From Amoebidium appalachense (lineage: Eukaryota; Protista; Ichthyosporea), in contig CAVNZM010000007.1 of NCBI GenBank assembly GCA_963693365.1, positions 5,329,962 to 5,393,961 of the forward strand: a DNA stretch of 64,000 bases. The letters are read 5' to 3'. This document shows positions 37,839-51,604 of the stretch, piece after piece (within the stretch, counting starts at the first letter, position 1; every line of letters begins with the position of its first letter). A program made the translations under genes and the position numbers. The notes under the pieces were generated by a model that saw nothing but the letters and a program-made list of their open reading frames with translations, was not told where the DNA came from and did no database searches.

Positions 37839-38361
37839 CTTGGTTGATGACCATAAATCTCTTTGTAAATAGATTAATGATAGCTTTGATGTAAAAGTAT
37901 TTTTACACGGCAGCATACCCGTAGACTAAATGTTTAAAGCAGCCAGAGGCACGGCCTAGGGCATGTAATCCAATATAAAAATTTGCCTTCGAAGGAGGTA
38001 TGGTGCGCGACCATCATAATACTACCAATAAATGAAGTTGCGTGTGTTCTACCTTTTTAAACATAGGCATGTAAGCCCCGAACTCGAGCGGTTGACATTT
38101 GTCAATCACATGTACAGGACCAAGTTGCTCCCTCCCTCCCTCCCTCCCCCCCCCCTCCTCCCACCCCCTTCCCCCCCCCCCCCCGGAACAGAAAAAAGAA
38201 AAAACGTGGCGCAACCACACCCACACCCAAGGTCCCCCCCCCCCCCCCCCCCCCTCCCCCGGCCCTTCCCCCCCCCCCCCCCCCCCCCCCCTCCCCACAC
38301 ACACACACATGCATGTCACAGCAAGCTATCTTGAGATTTGCCAATCACGGCACCAAGTTGC

Positions 38362-38394
<33 letters not shown>

Positions 38395-38714
38395 GCCCCC
38401 CCTGCCTGCCCGCCCACTCGGACAAACAAAACCTGACGCACGCACACCCGCACCCAAGGCCCCCCCCCCCCCCCCCCAAACCCCCCCCACACACACACAG
38501 AGACCGTACTAAGAATTATGTCCCCCTCAGTATTCTCATGCGGCCACCTTCATTCAACAAGTTACATACGGAATAACGACTCCACAGGATGTTCTCATAA
38601 TAGCTCAGGGTGGAATATATATATTCTAGAATTGGTTCTGTACTACTTGCTCCTTTTTCCATCTCCCTCCCCCCTTCCCCCCCCTCCCCCCCCCCCTCCC
38701 CCCCCCCCCCCCCC

Positions 38715-38745
<31 letters not shown>

Positions 38746-39216
38746 GAATGAATACAAACAAACAACCCCCCCAAAAAGAAACAAAAAAAACAAACACATA
38801 CTCACACTTTCTCACGATACAGACACGGTGACTGCCCCATAGGCATCTATGTGCATGGGGCAGGGATTATTACAGTTAATATAGATGCCCATCATCCGTG
38901 TACATCTGTGTAGGCGCGCGCGTGTTTGTGCGTGTGTGTGTTTGTGTGTGCTTGTGTGTGTTAGTGTGTGTTTGTGTGTGTGCGTGTGTGTGTGTGTGTG
39001 CATGTGTGTGGGTGCGGCGTGTGCGTTCCTGTGTGCGTGGGTGTGTGGGTGCATGGGTACGTGGGTGCGTGGTTGCGTGGGTGTGAGGGGGTGTCTGTGG
39101 GTGCTTGCGTGTGTTGTTGGGTGCATGCGTGTGTGCGTGCGTGCTTGTGTGGGTGTGTGTGTGCGTGTGTGTGCATGCGTTGTTGCGTGCGTGTGTGCAT
39201 GCCTGCGTGCAATCGC

Positions 39217-39259
<43 letters not shown>

Positions 39260-39263
39260 TGTG

Positions 39264-39347
<84 letters not shown>

Positions 39348-39446
39348 TGTGTTTGTGTGCCACAAGTGTGTCTGTGTGTATATACGCACAGAAACCTTAC
39401 GAACACGCACCACAACCACATTTATGTGGAGATGGGGTGGGGTGGG

Positions 39447-39477
<31 letters not shown>

Positions 39478-40293
39478 GGGGGTTGGCAGACAACATCAGT
39501 ATACTAGCACCGTCCACAGCGAAGTGCAACTGCGCGCATTACAGCGCGTGTGAGTTGCTCCTAGACCCAGTCCCGGCCACTCTTTCAGATTCTCCGACTT
39601 GCTCAGTGACTCACATGAACAGGAGGATTATTTGCACTTTCATCGGGAAATTAAATAAACTCCAAAACCTTCGTTTTATGCAGATTATGAGAAGCCTCTG
39701 AAAATTTTATTAGACCCCGGATGTTCATATTTATGTTGTGCACACAGAAGTTACAAGGCCTCCGGGGTCGGACCTTTCCAAAACCAGCCGGGCTCTCCCC
39801 CCCCCCCCCCCCCCCTCCCCCCTCCCCCCCCCTCCCCCCCTCCCCCTCTCCCCCCATCCTCCAATCCTCCCCTCTTTTTTAGTTCTAGCTAGAGCTCGAG
39901 CCCGTCAGCCTCGGTAGGCTCTGTGATTTTTGGGATTTAGATACTCCCTTTGTCTATTAGAGTCACAGTGACATCATCGTGCCTCATTTAAGTCCATCCG
40001 TTAGGTATGGATTTATTATTAGTAGTAGTATTACACATAATGATTAATATTGTTGTTATTATGATTTGCTTTAAAGATTGCAAGGGTTGATACATACACA
40101 GACTGAGTGCAGCAAGAACGGCATGGGCTATTTGTTCAACAGCCTCCCGTTCACCTACGTCACGTTTATACTATTGCGTTGGTGCGGCATGCGAGAACCT
40201 GAAACGCCTAACAAGCAACTAAGGTGATAAATATACTCAAAACAAATTCACAGTAGCCTTGTTCGCTCCCTTATATATGTATGTGAATTGCAG

Positions 40294-40850
40294 CTATGCA
40301 AACAGTGCCTCTGTGACGTCATTGTAGTAGGGGCCAGTGTGGAAGGCCATGGGGATGGCCACGCGTGTTGCCGTGGGGTCGTCCATTGCGAGGTCGACCA
40401 TCTGCAGGTTGCGCACGGCTGGCGTGGAGAAGTACAGCCGCCGGGCGCTGTGGTCACGCACAACGGTCCACGCCGTGGTCCAGTCGTCGGCGCCCTTGGC
40501 CAGCGACACGCGCCCAATCATAGCCGTGGCCGCGCTCACGTGGTCCACGGCCGGGTCGCTGCACACGTACGACTGCAGTTGGGGCCCCAGGGCCCCGGCC
40601 CAGGCCCCCCCGCTGCGCACGGCATTCTCCTGCAGCATGGCCATCTGCACCAGCCGGTCCTCGGGCGTGGTGCTGCCGGCGCCGTGCATGGCCACCTCGA
40701 GCGTGGCGTTGGACACCACCGCCACGTCCTCATAGTCGGTGCCGTTGAGCCGTGCCCGCAGTTCGGCCAGCATGACCTCCCACGTGGGGTCGTTGGTCAT
40801 GGTCATGACGTTTCGGCTGTCGTACATGCACACCCGCGCCCCGGCCTCAT
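40294..40850 (-). pseudogene. 5'-truncated choloylglycine hydrolase / penicillin V acylase family (Ntn hydrolase) gene fragment, left copy
   Basis: MTNDP, PEDRLVQ and TTAWTVVRDHSARRLYFSTP..VDL resemble the C-terminal half of this family. The N-terminal half with the catalytic Cys is absent. Very GC-rich and intronless. Confidence 0.65.
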
Positions 40851-40854
40851 GGGC

Positions 40855-41224
40855 CCACGCCCGAGGACCGGCTGGTGCAGATGGCCATGCTGCAGGAGAG
40901 TGCCGTGCGCAGCGGGGGGGCCTAGGCCGGGGCCCTGGGGCCCCACCTGCCGTCGCACGTGTGCAGCGACCCGGCCGCGGCCACGGCCATGATTGGGCGT
41001 GTGTCGCTGGCCAAGGGCGCCGACGACTGGACCACGGCCTGGACCGTTGTGCGCGACCACAGCGACCGGCGGCTGTACTTCTCCACGCCGGTCGTGCGCA
41101 ACCTGCAGATGATCGACCTCACAAAGCTGCGCCTGGACGACCCCACGGCCCCACGCGTGGCCATCCCCATGGCCTTCCACACCGGCCCCTACTACGATGA
41201 CGTCACAGGAAATGTTGGCATAGC
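40855..41224 (+). pseudogene. Second, inverted, more truncated and frameshifted copy of the same hydrolase fragment
   Basis: 40855-41208 is the reverse complement of 40311-40670 apart from substitutions and several indels (translation MIGRVSLAKGADDWTTAWTVVRDHSDRRLYFSTP). Confidence 0.7.
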
Positions 41225-41926
41225 TTTGAAATCACGATGTATGCATATGAGGCCCTACAAGGCTAGCCTTGCAAGCACAGTGCAATTTTTTCCCCTTTGT
41301 TTCTTTGTTACTTGCTGAAACACTCACGAAGCTTGAAGGGGGTCTGACTCACTCTTTTGGGCGGATCAACAAGCCCATTCGGTGCGTATCATGCCAGTTA
41401 TATGTGACCTTGAACGATTCGGATCTGACCCGACAACTAAAGGAAACCTCCTGTAAATTTGTCAATTGTTACCAATGGCATCTTACTATTAGTATTAATC
41501 TGAATAAAAAAAAACCCCTAACTCTTCTTGTTGCGCTTATTTCATTGGTGTGCAAAGTCCTTTGTATAGTTCCAGTGATAATATTCACAGAGTCTCATGA
41601 TTTTAACTCAACAAATCAATCCAATTTGAACAACAGTTTCGAAAAAATCTCAAATATGTATCATGATATAAAGATAACTCTCGGAAAAGACGTTGTGTGG
41701 GTGCATGTGTACACAGTACAGCAGTATTCTCTGGTTTTGGTTGGGAGCCTCCGAATTAGCCTGCAAGGCAAAGGTCATTTCAGTGATTTGGTGGTTATAA
41801 AACTAAAAAGCAATTCGAAGGTGAAGGGGGAATTTTCAAAGTTGGCATCAAGCCTGCAATATAGTGGGTTTAGGTCGGTTACTCGTGGGCACTCTTTGGT
41901 CCAAAATGGACGGAAGAGTGACGGAA

Positions 41927-41962
<36 letters not shown>

Positions 41963-42767
41963 GGGGGGGGGGGAGAGAAGGGGGTGTGGGGAAAGGGCAC
42001 CGGGAGAGGGGCGGAGTCTTTGTGTGTGTATGGAGGGGGGGGGAAGGGGGGGCTGGGGGGAGACCAAGCCAACTTTATGGTCACCCACCGTGTGCGCGCC
42101 TAATGTATTAGTTGTTCCATCTTAACGACGGCCCTGGGCGGCGGTGTCCCGGTTGCACAAGGTCCCCCCCCCCCCCCCCAAAAAAAAAAAATAAAAAAAA
42201 TAAAAATAAAATAAAATAAAATAAAAAAAACGGGGGGGGGGGGGGCGGTGGGGAAGGAGGAGGGGGGGGGGGAAGGGAGGGGGGGGGGGGGGGGGGGGGG
42301 GGGAGGAAAAAAAGGGGGGGGAGGGGGGAGGGGGGGGAGAGAAAGAAAGAAGAACAATAAACTGTTCAGCACCCTCCCCCCCCCACCGCCCTCCCCCCGC
42401 CCGGCCTCCCCTCCTCAACCCCAACCCTCCCCCCTTCCCCCCCCTTCCCCCGCCTCCCCACACACCCACACACACGTTTCCTCTCCGATATGCCTGTGTG
42501 CTCCTTCCCCGCGGCTCGCCCATATGCTACAACAATAAATGCGTAATTCACGGTGACGAGTATCCACTTTGAAATACAATACTTTATCGCTCCTGGGTTC
42601 GTTTTCATACCACTGACCCTCTCCCTTTTTTATAGGCTAAGTGACCGTCTTGCCAAGGCCACTCAAAAAAAGGCACACGCTGTGCAAAAGCACACTGGGG
42701 GGAACACACACCCACACAAAAATGATACTGACACAGCCACAAACGTGCACACACTGTTACACACGCG

Positions 42768-42846
<79 letters not shown>

Positions 42847-43083
42847 CATATTTCTTCAAGTTCAGCAGGCAGCTTCTGCAGTGATACTATCACCCCTACC
42901 CTCCCCTCTCTCTCTCCCCCCCCCCGGCCTGGACCCCTCATCCCTCCTCCAGACCCACCTCTTACAGGGAGTGACTAACATCATAAGTCAACGGTGTCAA
43001 ACGGTACTTTAGAGATAGAGTCTAATCATCCGGAGTGTAGTAGCCTCCGCTATCTTCATTTCTTCCCTATCATTTTTGGGTCG

Positions 43084-43136
<53 letters not shown>

Positions 43137-43381
43137 TGAAGGTGACGGGACCCGGTATATATCACAGAAACTTTATCGTTCATAGTGCCCGCTGCGTGTG
43201 CACTATAGATACTACATGTTGAACGTTACTATAAATGCAACTTATGAAGTAGGGCAGGCATTTCAAACGCATTTTAAACACAAAAACAGACACCAGCCCA
43301 ATGAGCTGTGAGTATGATCATGCGCCGGACAAGTGGCTTTTGCATACAGTGTATGCACATGTGTGCGCACGAGACCCACTC

Positions 43382-43462
<81 letters not shown>

Positions 43463-43960
43463 TGCGCGCGCCCGCCCGTGTGTGTTTTTGTTTGTGTGTA
43501 TGTCACTGTTCAGTGGGGAGGGTAGGTGTGTTGAGGAGGAGGGAGGGGATGTGCTGGCTTACAAAGTGTGCTTTTGTGGGTTCGTGCACAGGTAAAGGGG
43601 AGGGGGTAGGGGGGAGCGTAAGTAAAAAGACAATAGTGCCATTAAGCTCAAATTTTGCGCTAGCGAAAGACCAGACTGAATGCACCTACCAAATAAGCAA
43701 ACACGGCCCACCTTTTTCTCCCATCCCCTTTCCTCTCCCCTTCACACTTCCCAGACCGAGGCAGACATCTTCTTTCCTCATTCCCCCCCCCCTCCCCCCC
43801 CCCCCCTCCCCCCCCCCCCCAAAACCCTTTTCAAGCACCCACACAATTACCCGTTCACACCCACACACACATGACCGTGCGAATACATACATAAACAAAA
43901 AAACAAACACGACACTTACACGTTGACTCATGCGCACACGCACGCGCGCACGCACGCGCG

Positions 43961-44063
<103 letters not shown>

Positions 44064-44393
44064 ATATTCCAGCCAAACCCCATTCCTTTCAGTGTTCGGA
44101 GATATCAATATTCACAAGAATTTGTAAAAGTGTGGCATTAGTTGCACGCTATGTAGACAAAAGGGAGAAAGTGGGGAGAAGAGGGGACCCCCGGGGGGGG
44201 GGGGGGGGGGGGGGGGGGGGAGGGGGGGGGGGAGGGGGGGGCCGGGAAGGGGATAGATATCTCCCGGAGAGCGCGGGGCCTATAACTAGGGAGAGGGGTG
44301 GAGGGAGGGGAGGAGGAATGATTATTTCTTACCCCAGCCATCGATACATCCATTCCTACGATGGTGGGGCGGTGGTGGTGGTGGTGGTGGTGG

Positions 44394-44432
<39 letters not shown>

Positions 44433-45042
44433 AGGGCTGAAATTCTGAAAGGTGAGAGGCGGGAGGCCTGAGGTGCTTTTCCAGGAATAAAGGAAGAAAA
44501 TGGGGCGAAGATAGATACTGGAACGGAAACGAAGGTTGTTGGACAGAGCACAACGCAAAAAGATGAATACACACAGTTGTAGGTCACTCACCGGCAAATG
44601 CCCGCCCAATCAATTGGGTGTGCAGCCCGATTCATTTTCAAGTTTATTATTTTTTTAATTTATATTCAGGGTCATCTGTGGATGTACATGTATCGCGTCA
44701 TGTGCATATTATTGGAGCAGTTAGCTGGGGCTTGAAAATAAAATTTTGCACTGGCAACTCTCAGACTGAAGTCTCGTACCATTCATGACTTACAGGTATA
44801 TGCATTCTATTCATTTAATGAGCTCTATTCCTCAGTAATTAATGACGTTATGATACCTACTAGGGGGGGACTGTGGGCCCTTGCCACTCGTTCTCTTGTT
44901 CCTTCCACTCTATATATCTAGCCATCCAATAACGACACCAGTGACGCACCAAGATTATATTAAGACAAAGTCATCAAGGACCTGAGTACACAAAAGTATA
45001 TACCCTCATAACACTGGTAACGGTGCGTACATGTGTGCGTGC

Positions 45043-46574
45043 CTACTCGCGGTTCAGCCGATAGCTGTACGTGTAGGGGGGAGCCACGACGCTCTTTGAG
45101 TAGACGGTGTGTGTGCACGTGGACCGCTGCCGCACGGCCGCCCACATTTTCATGTTCTCTCTCGGCACCTGCACGGTCAGCACATACTGCCCGCTGGTCG
45201 TGTCGCCCACAGCCTCGCACACAGACTCTGCCCTCTGCGCCTTCTCGTCCGTCCACCCGAGGCACACAAACGTCTCCACAGAGGTGATGGGGTTGTCTTC
45301 GTTCTTGGTGTCGGGCTTGAGGTCCCACGTGATGGCCGCCGCAGTGGCCAAGGAGTTGCCCTCAAAGTAGGAGGTGGTGATGTTTAAAAGCTTCACGTTG
45401 TAGATTCGGTCGGTGTAGTTGTCCCACTTGCACCCAAAGTTGTCGGATTCGTCAGAGCTGCTTGCATCACTCGCCTCGTTCTTCTTCAGCTGGGTGAACG
45501 CGGTACGACCACCACACGAAGTCTAATATGCCATGCTCACTGACTCGACAACTCCCTCCTCGGGGGTAAACCCCAGGTCGCCGCGTGTGCCGTCCGTGTG
45601 CACACACCGTGTTTCCTTAATGCCGCTGTGCTTCTTAAGGTCCACACACGTCCAGGCGGTCAGACGGCCGGCCACCTCCTGTTTTTGCATGTCGTCCTGC
45701 GCGTCGATTCTAATCTCGGTGACGGAGGCACCGGGGATTTTATTGTTGCCTTCGCTAAGGAGCGGGAAGGGCTTGTTGGCGTCAAACGTTTTGGCGAAGT
45801 ATTGGAGCTTTGACGAGGGGGCCTTTGGTGGCTTGCAGAAAACGAGGGGATCTTTGAACTTTGCAAGGTCCTCGTTGCCGTGCTCTATGGGGATGCCCCC
45901 GGTGGCCATTGCGATTTTTTCGGTGCCGTTACGGAGCTTGCACGGAATGACCACCCCGTCAACGGGCACAATCTCACCGTTTATGGCGCCAGGGAGACGC
46001 CCGTGGGACAGGTACGCGGGAGAAGGACACGCGGCGTTCCTTGCGAAGTGACGTACATTCACACCATAGCCCACGGTGGTGTACAGGGTGAGTGCCTCGG
46101 GATATCCAACAATGGACGTGCCACCGGTCCTCTCGTCGGGGTCGTATGTGATCACGTGCATCATCATGACGTCACGCATCATGTTCGGGTTCTTTTGCAA
46201 AAGGTCCCAGGCGTAGTGGGGCACCTGGTCAAACGCATCGTTGGTTGGTGCGTACATGCGCAGAAGTTTCCAAACTCGACAAGGAACGTATCGTTTGTTG
46301 TCAGGTTCTTGTACACGCCGGTGGACTTGACTAGGCCGAAGAAGGTGGAAAACTCGGGGCGGGACTGAAGCTGTTCCCAGAGATCCTGGAATCCGTCCTT
46401 CTTTGACACAGAGCAGACCTTTGCATAGTTTGCACCGGCGTATTTATCGCAGTTGTCGTCGCAGGTGATGGCACTGGGGCAGTCGAGCGGGTAGCTGTAT
46501 CCGCGCTGTGTAGGCAGAGCGGCCTGGCCGGCTGTCACCAGGGTGGTGATGCGTGCAACGGCGGCGGCTGCCAT
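45043..46574 (-). pseudogene. Intronless fasciclin (FAS1)-domain, probably secreted, protein gene disrupted by one frameshift (~46258) and one in-frame TAG (45523-45525)
   Basis: LQSRPEFSTFFGLV..GNF|MYAPTNDAF (H1), MMMHVI and INGEIVPVDGVVIP (H2) form a FAS1 domain. The frame stays open after the TAG and joins ORF 45043-45396 in frame. TATATAAAA at 46637-46645 (-) and a CCAAT box at ~46684 lie upstream. Confidence 0.7.
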
Positions 46575-47501
46575 TCTTTCTTCAAAGTCTTTTGAGGGTT
46601 GCACTGACTTCTGATGTTTTGGGCGATCAGCGACGGTTTTATATAACTGGTTTCCCGGATCTGGTCAGATGACGGGCATTGCTGATTGGATGTATTGGAA
46701 TTCCGTTACAAGCCACTCTAGATCAGGACGCCCATAACAAGGTTGATGCGGTCGATGGTTTCCTGGTCACATATTCAATAAACATGCAAATATTTAGACA
46801 TATATATTTTATAGCACCATATTCTTCGACTCGTGCAACTGGCGGCAGTGGCGCGTACGAAGCTGGGAAGTTAGAAACAGAATGTTGGGTGTGGGGGGAC
46901 TATGGAATGCCGAGAATCTAAACAGGCTGAGTTCACGCGTTATGATCGGTGCTTTCTCCCCATTGGACGACAAAGATCTATGATGACGTCAAACACACGT
47001 GTCCGTAGTGTACACTCCGTGCATTTGTGCGCACGTGCAGCTCATAGCCGCCGGGATCCGAAATGCCGAATGCCCGAAATTTTGAAGGTTTTTGCAATTC
47101 ATATGTACCGTGAAACACTGGTACATATATGCCACAGTATGCATATGTGCTGATGGTGCTTTAGATACACGCATGTGGCCTGTATTATTATTAGTCAATC
47201 ACAGAACTTTTCACATTTTCTATCTATCGATTTGGCCAAGTTTGGCCATCATTTGGGCATTGAGTGATATGTGTAATTCGACTCGGCGACCAGTAACTGT
47301 GTTGTGCGTCGATATAATAAAAAAACACTGTTACAAATGATCATAAATGCTTCTAGAATAAATATGCACCGAATATGCTTTTGGTCCCTTTTCAGGTTTT
47401 TACCGTTTTGGTCATGTGACCACATGTACATGATCCGTCTGTCCAAGCTTGGTGGGTATGCGCAAGAGAAAAAGGTAGAGCTAGGTGCCCGCCCGTCCCC
47501 C

Positions 47502-47536
<35 letters not shown>

Positions 47537-47537
47537 C

Positions 47538-47578
<41 letters not shown>

Positions 47579-47730
47579 CCTTCCCCCCACCAACCCATAC
47601 CTACCAACGCCCCACCCCCCACCCCCCAGGTGGCACCGTCGCAACCACCACCATCACTATCAATTCCGTACTATCTAGTAGTATTCAAGGCAGTACCACC
47701 GGACCTCTGTGGCACTACCACCGTGACCAC

Positions 47731-47765
<35 letters not shown>

Positions 47766-47822
47766 CGCACACACACACACACACACACATACACACAAAC
47801 ACACACACACACACACACACAT

Positions 47823-47873
<51 letters not shown>

Positions 47874-48812
47874 CCAGTGAGGCACACGCGCAAACACACA
47901 CACACAGTATTACACCGCACACATACAGTGGCACACGCACACGCGCGCACACACAGTAACCGTTGCACATAAGCACACCCGTGCACATGTACACACACAC
48001 ACACACACACACCGTTAGAGAGCTCTAGAGAGAGAGGTACGGCCACACACACACACCTACACCAACAAACACACCACCCACCACTCGCACATAATAATAG
48101 TAGGCATTTTCTGGACCTCCAGAAAGAACCAAAATCAAGGCCAAGAAAATGATCAGGAGACCAGGATCATCATCATCAACGAATCTTAATGTCTTTCTTT
48201 GATTTGTTGTAGAGTTTTCAGTACTATACATGCACAAGTCTCAGTCTGACCTTTACATCATATCCTGGAGTCGACATAGGCCACTTAGGCGGTAAGCTCA
48301 ATCGGTGCTAATCGGATCTTCACTATGATCGGCACTTTCATCCAATCAGATATCACTCAACCTATTTTAGGACCAGACCCCCCCGCCTCTTCACTACAAA
48401 ATCCAACCAAATAATATGTGTGCGAATGTTCACATACACACATACATGCACACATGCACACACACGCACATACACACAAATATGTACATCACTCGTATAT
48501 CACAGTACCTCCTAGATACAGCTATATAAAACAAATCCAGGCCCTACTTAGCGATATTATCGAACCAAACATTGTACCTCAACTCAAAGGTTTGCGCTGG
48601 TCGTCAGATAACCTATGTTAAGTGCTCGATTGTGATGCTCTAAAAAGCAAACCACGTGCACATACACTCTAACCCTTGCACATGTATTTTACGTCGCATG
48701 GGTCGGTCCCGTATGGATGCAAGCCCAATCATTTTGTGTGTTGGTGTTGTGTTGTTGTGTGTGTGTGTGTGTGTGCGTGTGTGTGTGTGTGCGTGTGCGT
48801 GTGCGTGTGCGT

Positions 48813-48848
<36 letters not shown>

Positions 48849-49405
48849 TTGAGTGTGAAAGTGTGGGACAATCATCGTGTGTATTACATTCGTGTCTCGT
48901 GTCCCCCCCCCCCCCCCAAAAAAAAAAAAAAAAAAAATCCGTCACCCACCCACACACCCACAACCAAAAAAAAAAAAAAAAAAAAGGCGAACGTCGAGCC
49001 GTCACCACCCGTTCGTGATGAATGCAAAGAAAACCATAAAAAGGAATTGAAGAACGCTAGGTTCCTCACCTTAGAACAAAGCAGACCGAGGGAATAAAGG
49101 CACAGGGGACATATATACAGTGACGTCATCAACTTGACTTTTTTGCCTAACTCCCCTCTGGTCAGCGCCGGCACCGGCAGCAAGACTCCTTCCATCGCTT
49201 TCCGCCACTCAGGCCTTAATTGCCGCCAATTTCTCATCGTCACATCATATAAGGAATCAAATTCATCGCCGAATATAAATCTTTTAACAGACCAATCATG
49301 CCGCGCACACATACATTTTAACATTTATAAAGTTCGGTACTTGCTTTATCCTTGATCTGGGGCATACTCTTACGAAATTGCAGGTTTTTCGTGCGGAGGT
49401 TTCTT

Positions 49406-49850
49406 TCAATGGTGTTGCTGGTGCCGATTCGTCGCAAACGCCAACAGCAAATCGGCGTCGTTCCGATCGCTTTCCGATTGCTCCCGATTACCCAACGATC
49501 CGCTCCCACCCGCACCAATGCCCATCCTCGCATCCCCATAATACACCTGTTGCTGATGTTGTTGTTGTGTTTGCATTTGTCCGTGTGCGTGTGCATATTG
49601 AGGGGCGGGTGTGTTTGGGACATAATAGCCGGCGGGGGGCGGAGGTCCAGAATACGATAACTGACCCGATCCGGGTGATGAAAGCATGCGGGGGGTGGCC
49701 ATAGAGAGGAGGGCGAGAACTTCGGCCGTTTCCGTGACCGTTGATTCGCCCCCCCTCTCCCTCTCTTCGGCCTGGGCGACGCTCAGTTGCGCAAACGGCG
49801 CAGATTGGTTGAGAGCGGGCCAACGGGGGGGAGTGTACCTCAATGACCCG

Positions 49851-49898
<48 letters not shown>

Positions 49899-51552
49899 GG
49901 GGGGGGGGGGGGGAGGGGAGAGGGGGAGGGGGAGTGAGTGTGAGTGTGAGTGTATGGGTGGGTGTGTGCGTGTGCGCGTGCTTGTGCGTGTGTGTGTGCA
50001 TGTGCGTGTGTGTGCACGTGTGTGTTTGCGTTCTGGGACCACATTGTCAAGGTAAGCGTGGAAATGAGCACAGTAAGTGTACATACACAACACAATACGA
50101 GACTCGTGAAGAGCGAATCAAGGTTAAAGGGTTACGACGGGGACGGGGGGTTAATAATGTGCTATAGAGGGCGAAGCACATTTTCATGATGGTCAAAACA
50201 ATGTAGAACGCAAACCCACACATGGGGGAAGTTGAGAGTGGGGAAAGAGGGAGTGTGGCAGCAATTGGGGAGGAAAAATCCACGGGGGGAATTGGGTGTG
50301 GGTGGGCGGAGGGGGGGGGGGGGGGGGTAGAACGAGAGGGGGGGGGGGGGGGGGGGGGAAGGGAAATACCTGGAGGGTCTGTACGGCCAGTAGGGACGGT
50401 GGTGTTTGGCGTGTGTGGCCGGGGAGGGGTGGAAGGGCAGAGCCGAGGAGTGTGCGCATACAGCAGGACACACACGAAGAGAGGACAGAGCCGTTGCTGC
50501 CCCCCTCGAGACAGAACACGACACGGCCGTGGCACACACTCATGAGGAGGTGAGTCATGTAGGCGTAACCTGCAGAATGTGTGTACATGTGTGCGTGGGT
50601 GTGCATGTACGTGTGTGTGTGGGGGGGGGTGGGGGGAGGGAAAGGAGGGAAAGGGGGGAGGGGGTGTACATGTGTGAGTGTGTTTCAAGGATGCCCGGGG
50701 GGGGGGGGGGGGGGGGGAGGGGGTGCAGAAGGGGCGGGGGGGTTAGCATGTGTTGAAGATTTCGAAGGGGGTGGGGAGTTAGGACAGAGGGGAGGGGAGG
50801 GGGAGGGAGCAGGGGGGGAGGGAGGTTGAGAGGTCCATTACAGGAGGTCAGGAAGGAAAAATAGCATCGGGCGGGTGGCACCGAAAGACGGGGGGGGGGG
50901 GGGGGGGGGGGGGGGAGGGGGGGAGGAGCAGGTATGTATGTAGGAAACGGGAAATGATACGTGGCGCATGTCTCTGATGAATACAGTCACCCACGTAAGA
51001 ATAACGATGAATACAGTCACCCACTTAAGAATAACGATGAATACAGTCACCCGCTTAAGAATAACGATGAATACAGTCACCCACTTAAGAATAACGATGA
51101 ATACAGTCACCCACTTAAGAATAACAAGAGCAACCACAACAACCACATGAACAACAACATTACTGAAATAACCATACCAATGACAACGACAACAGAAAAC
51201 AACAAGTGTTCACTCTTATCACTATAGAATAATGACAACAATAACCATAACAACAATCAAAAACACTTCTCATTTTTCGTAATTTTACCTTCAGGGGAAA
51301 CGGTAAAACCCTCATTGTCCCCCTCTGCAGCGTTGAATCCCGCAGACACGAGCACGACCGTGGGAGCAAAGGAGGCCACCACTGGGAGAACTACTGTGCG
51401 CATGGCTGCTAGGTACTCGGCATCACCAAACACCTGGTTGTCTGGGTGTGTACGTGTGTGTACGTGTGTGTGTGCGTACGTGTGTTTGTGGGGTTGGGGA
51501 GGGGAGGGGGGGGAGGGGGTTAGAATGTGTTATAGAGAACGAATGGGCGGGC

Positions 51553-51604
<52 letters not shown>

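Noticed and set aside
40311-41208. Inverted repeat as a simple fold-back sequencing chimera
   Set aside because: The arms differ by many substitutions and multi-base indels and have diverged 3' flanks, unlike a read fold-back. Spanning reads are still needed.
45523-45525. TAG reassigned to an amino acid (alternative genetic code)
   Set aside because: TAG is the terminator at the homology-defined C-terminus of G-alpha (SAGLL) and ends the RING ORF, so the standard code applies.
47676-48231. Small minus-strand gene starting MYSTENSTT with a hydrophobic stretch
   Set aside because: Short, with no recognisable domain and an uncertain splice pattern. Insufficient support without transcripts.
50976-51125. 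Possible CRISPR array (30-bp repeats)
   Set aside because: Units are contiguous with no unique spacers, lie in a eukaryotic intron, and no cas genes are present. It is a minisatellite.
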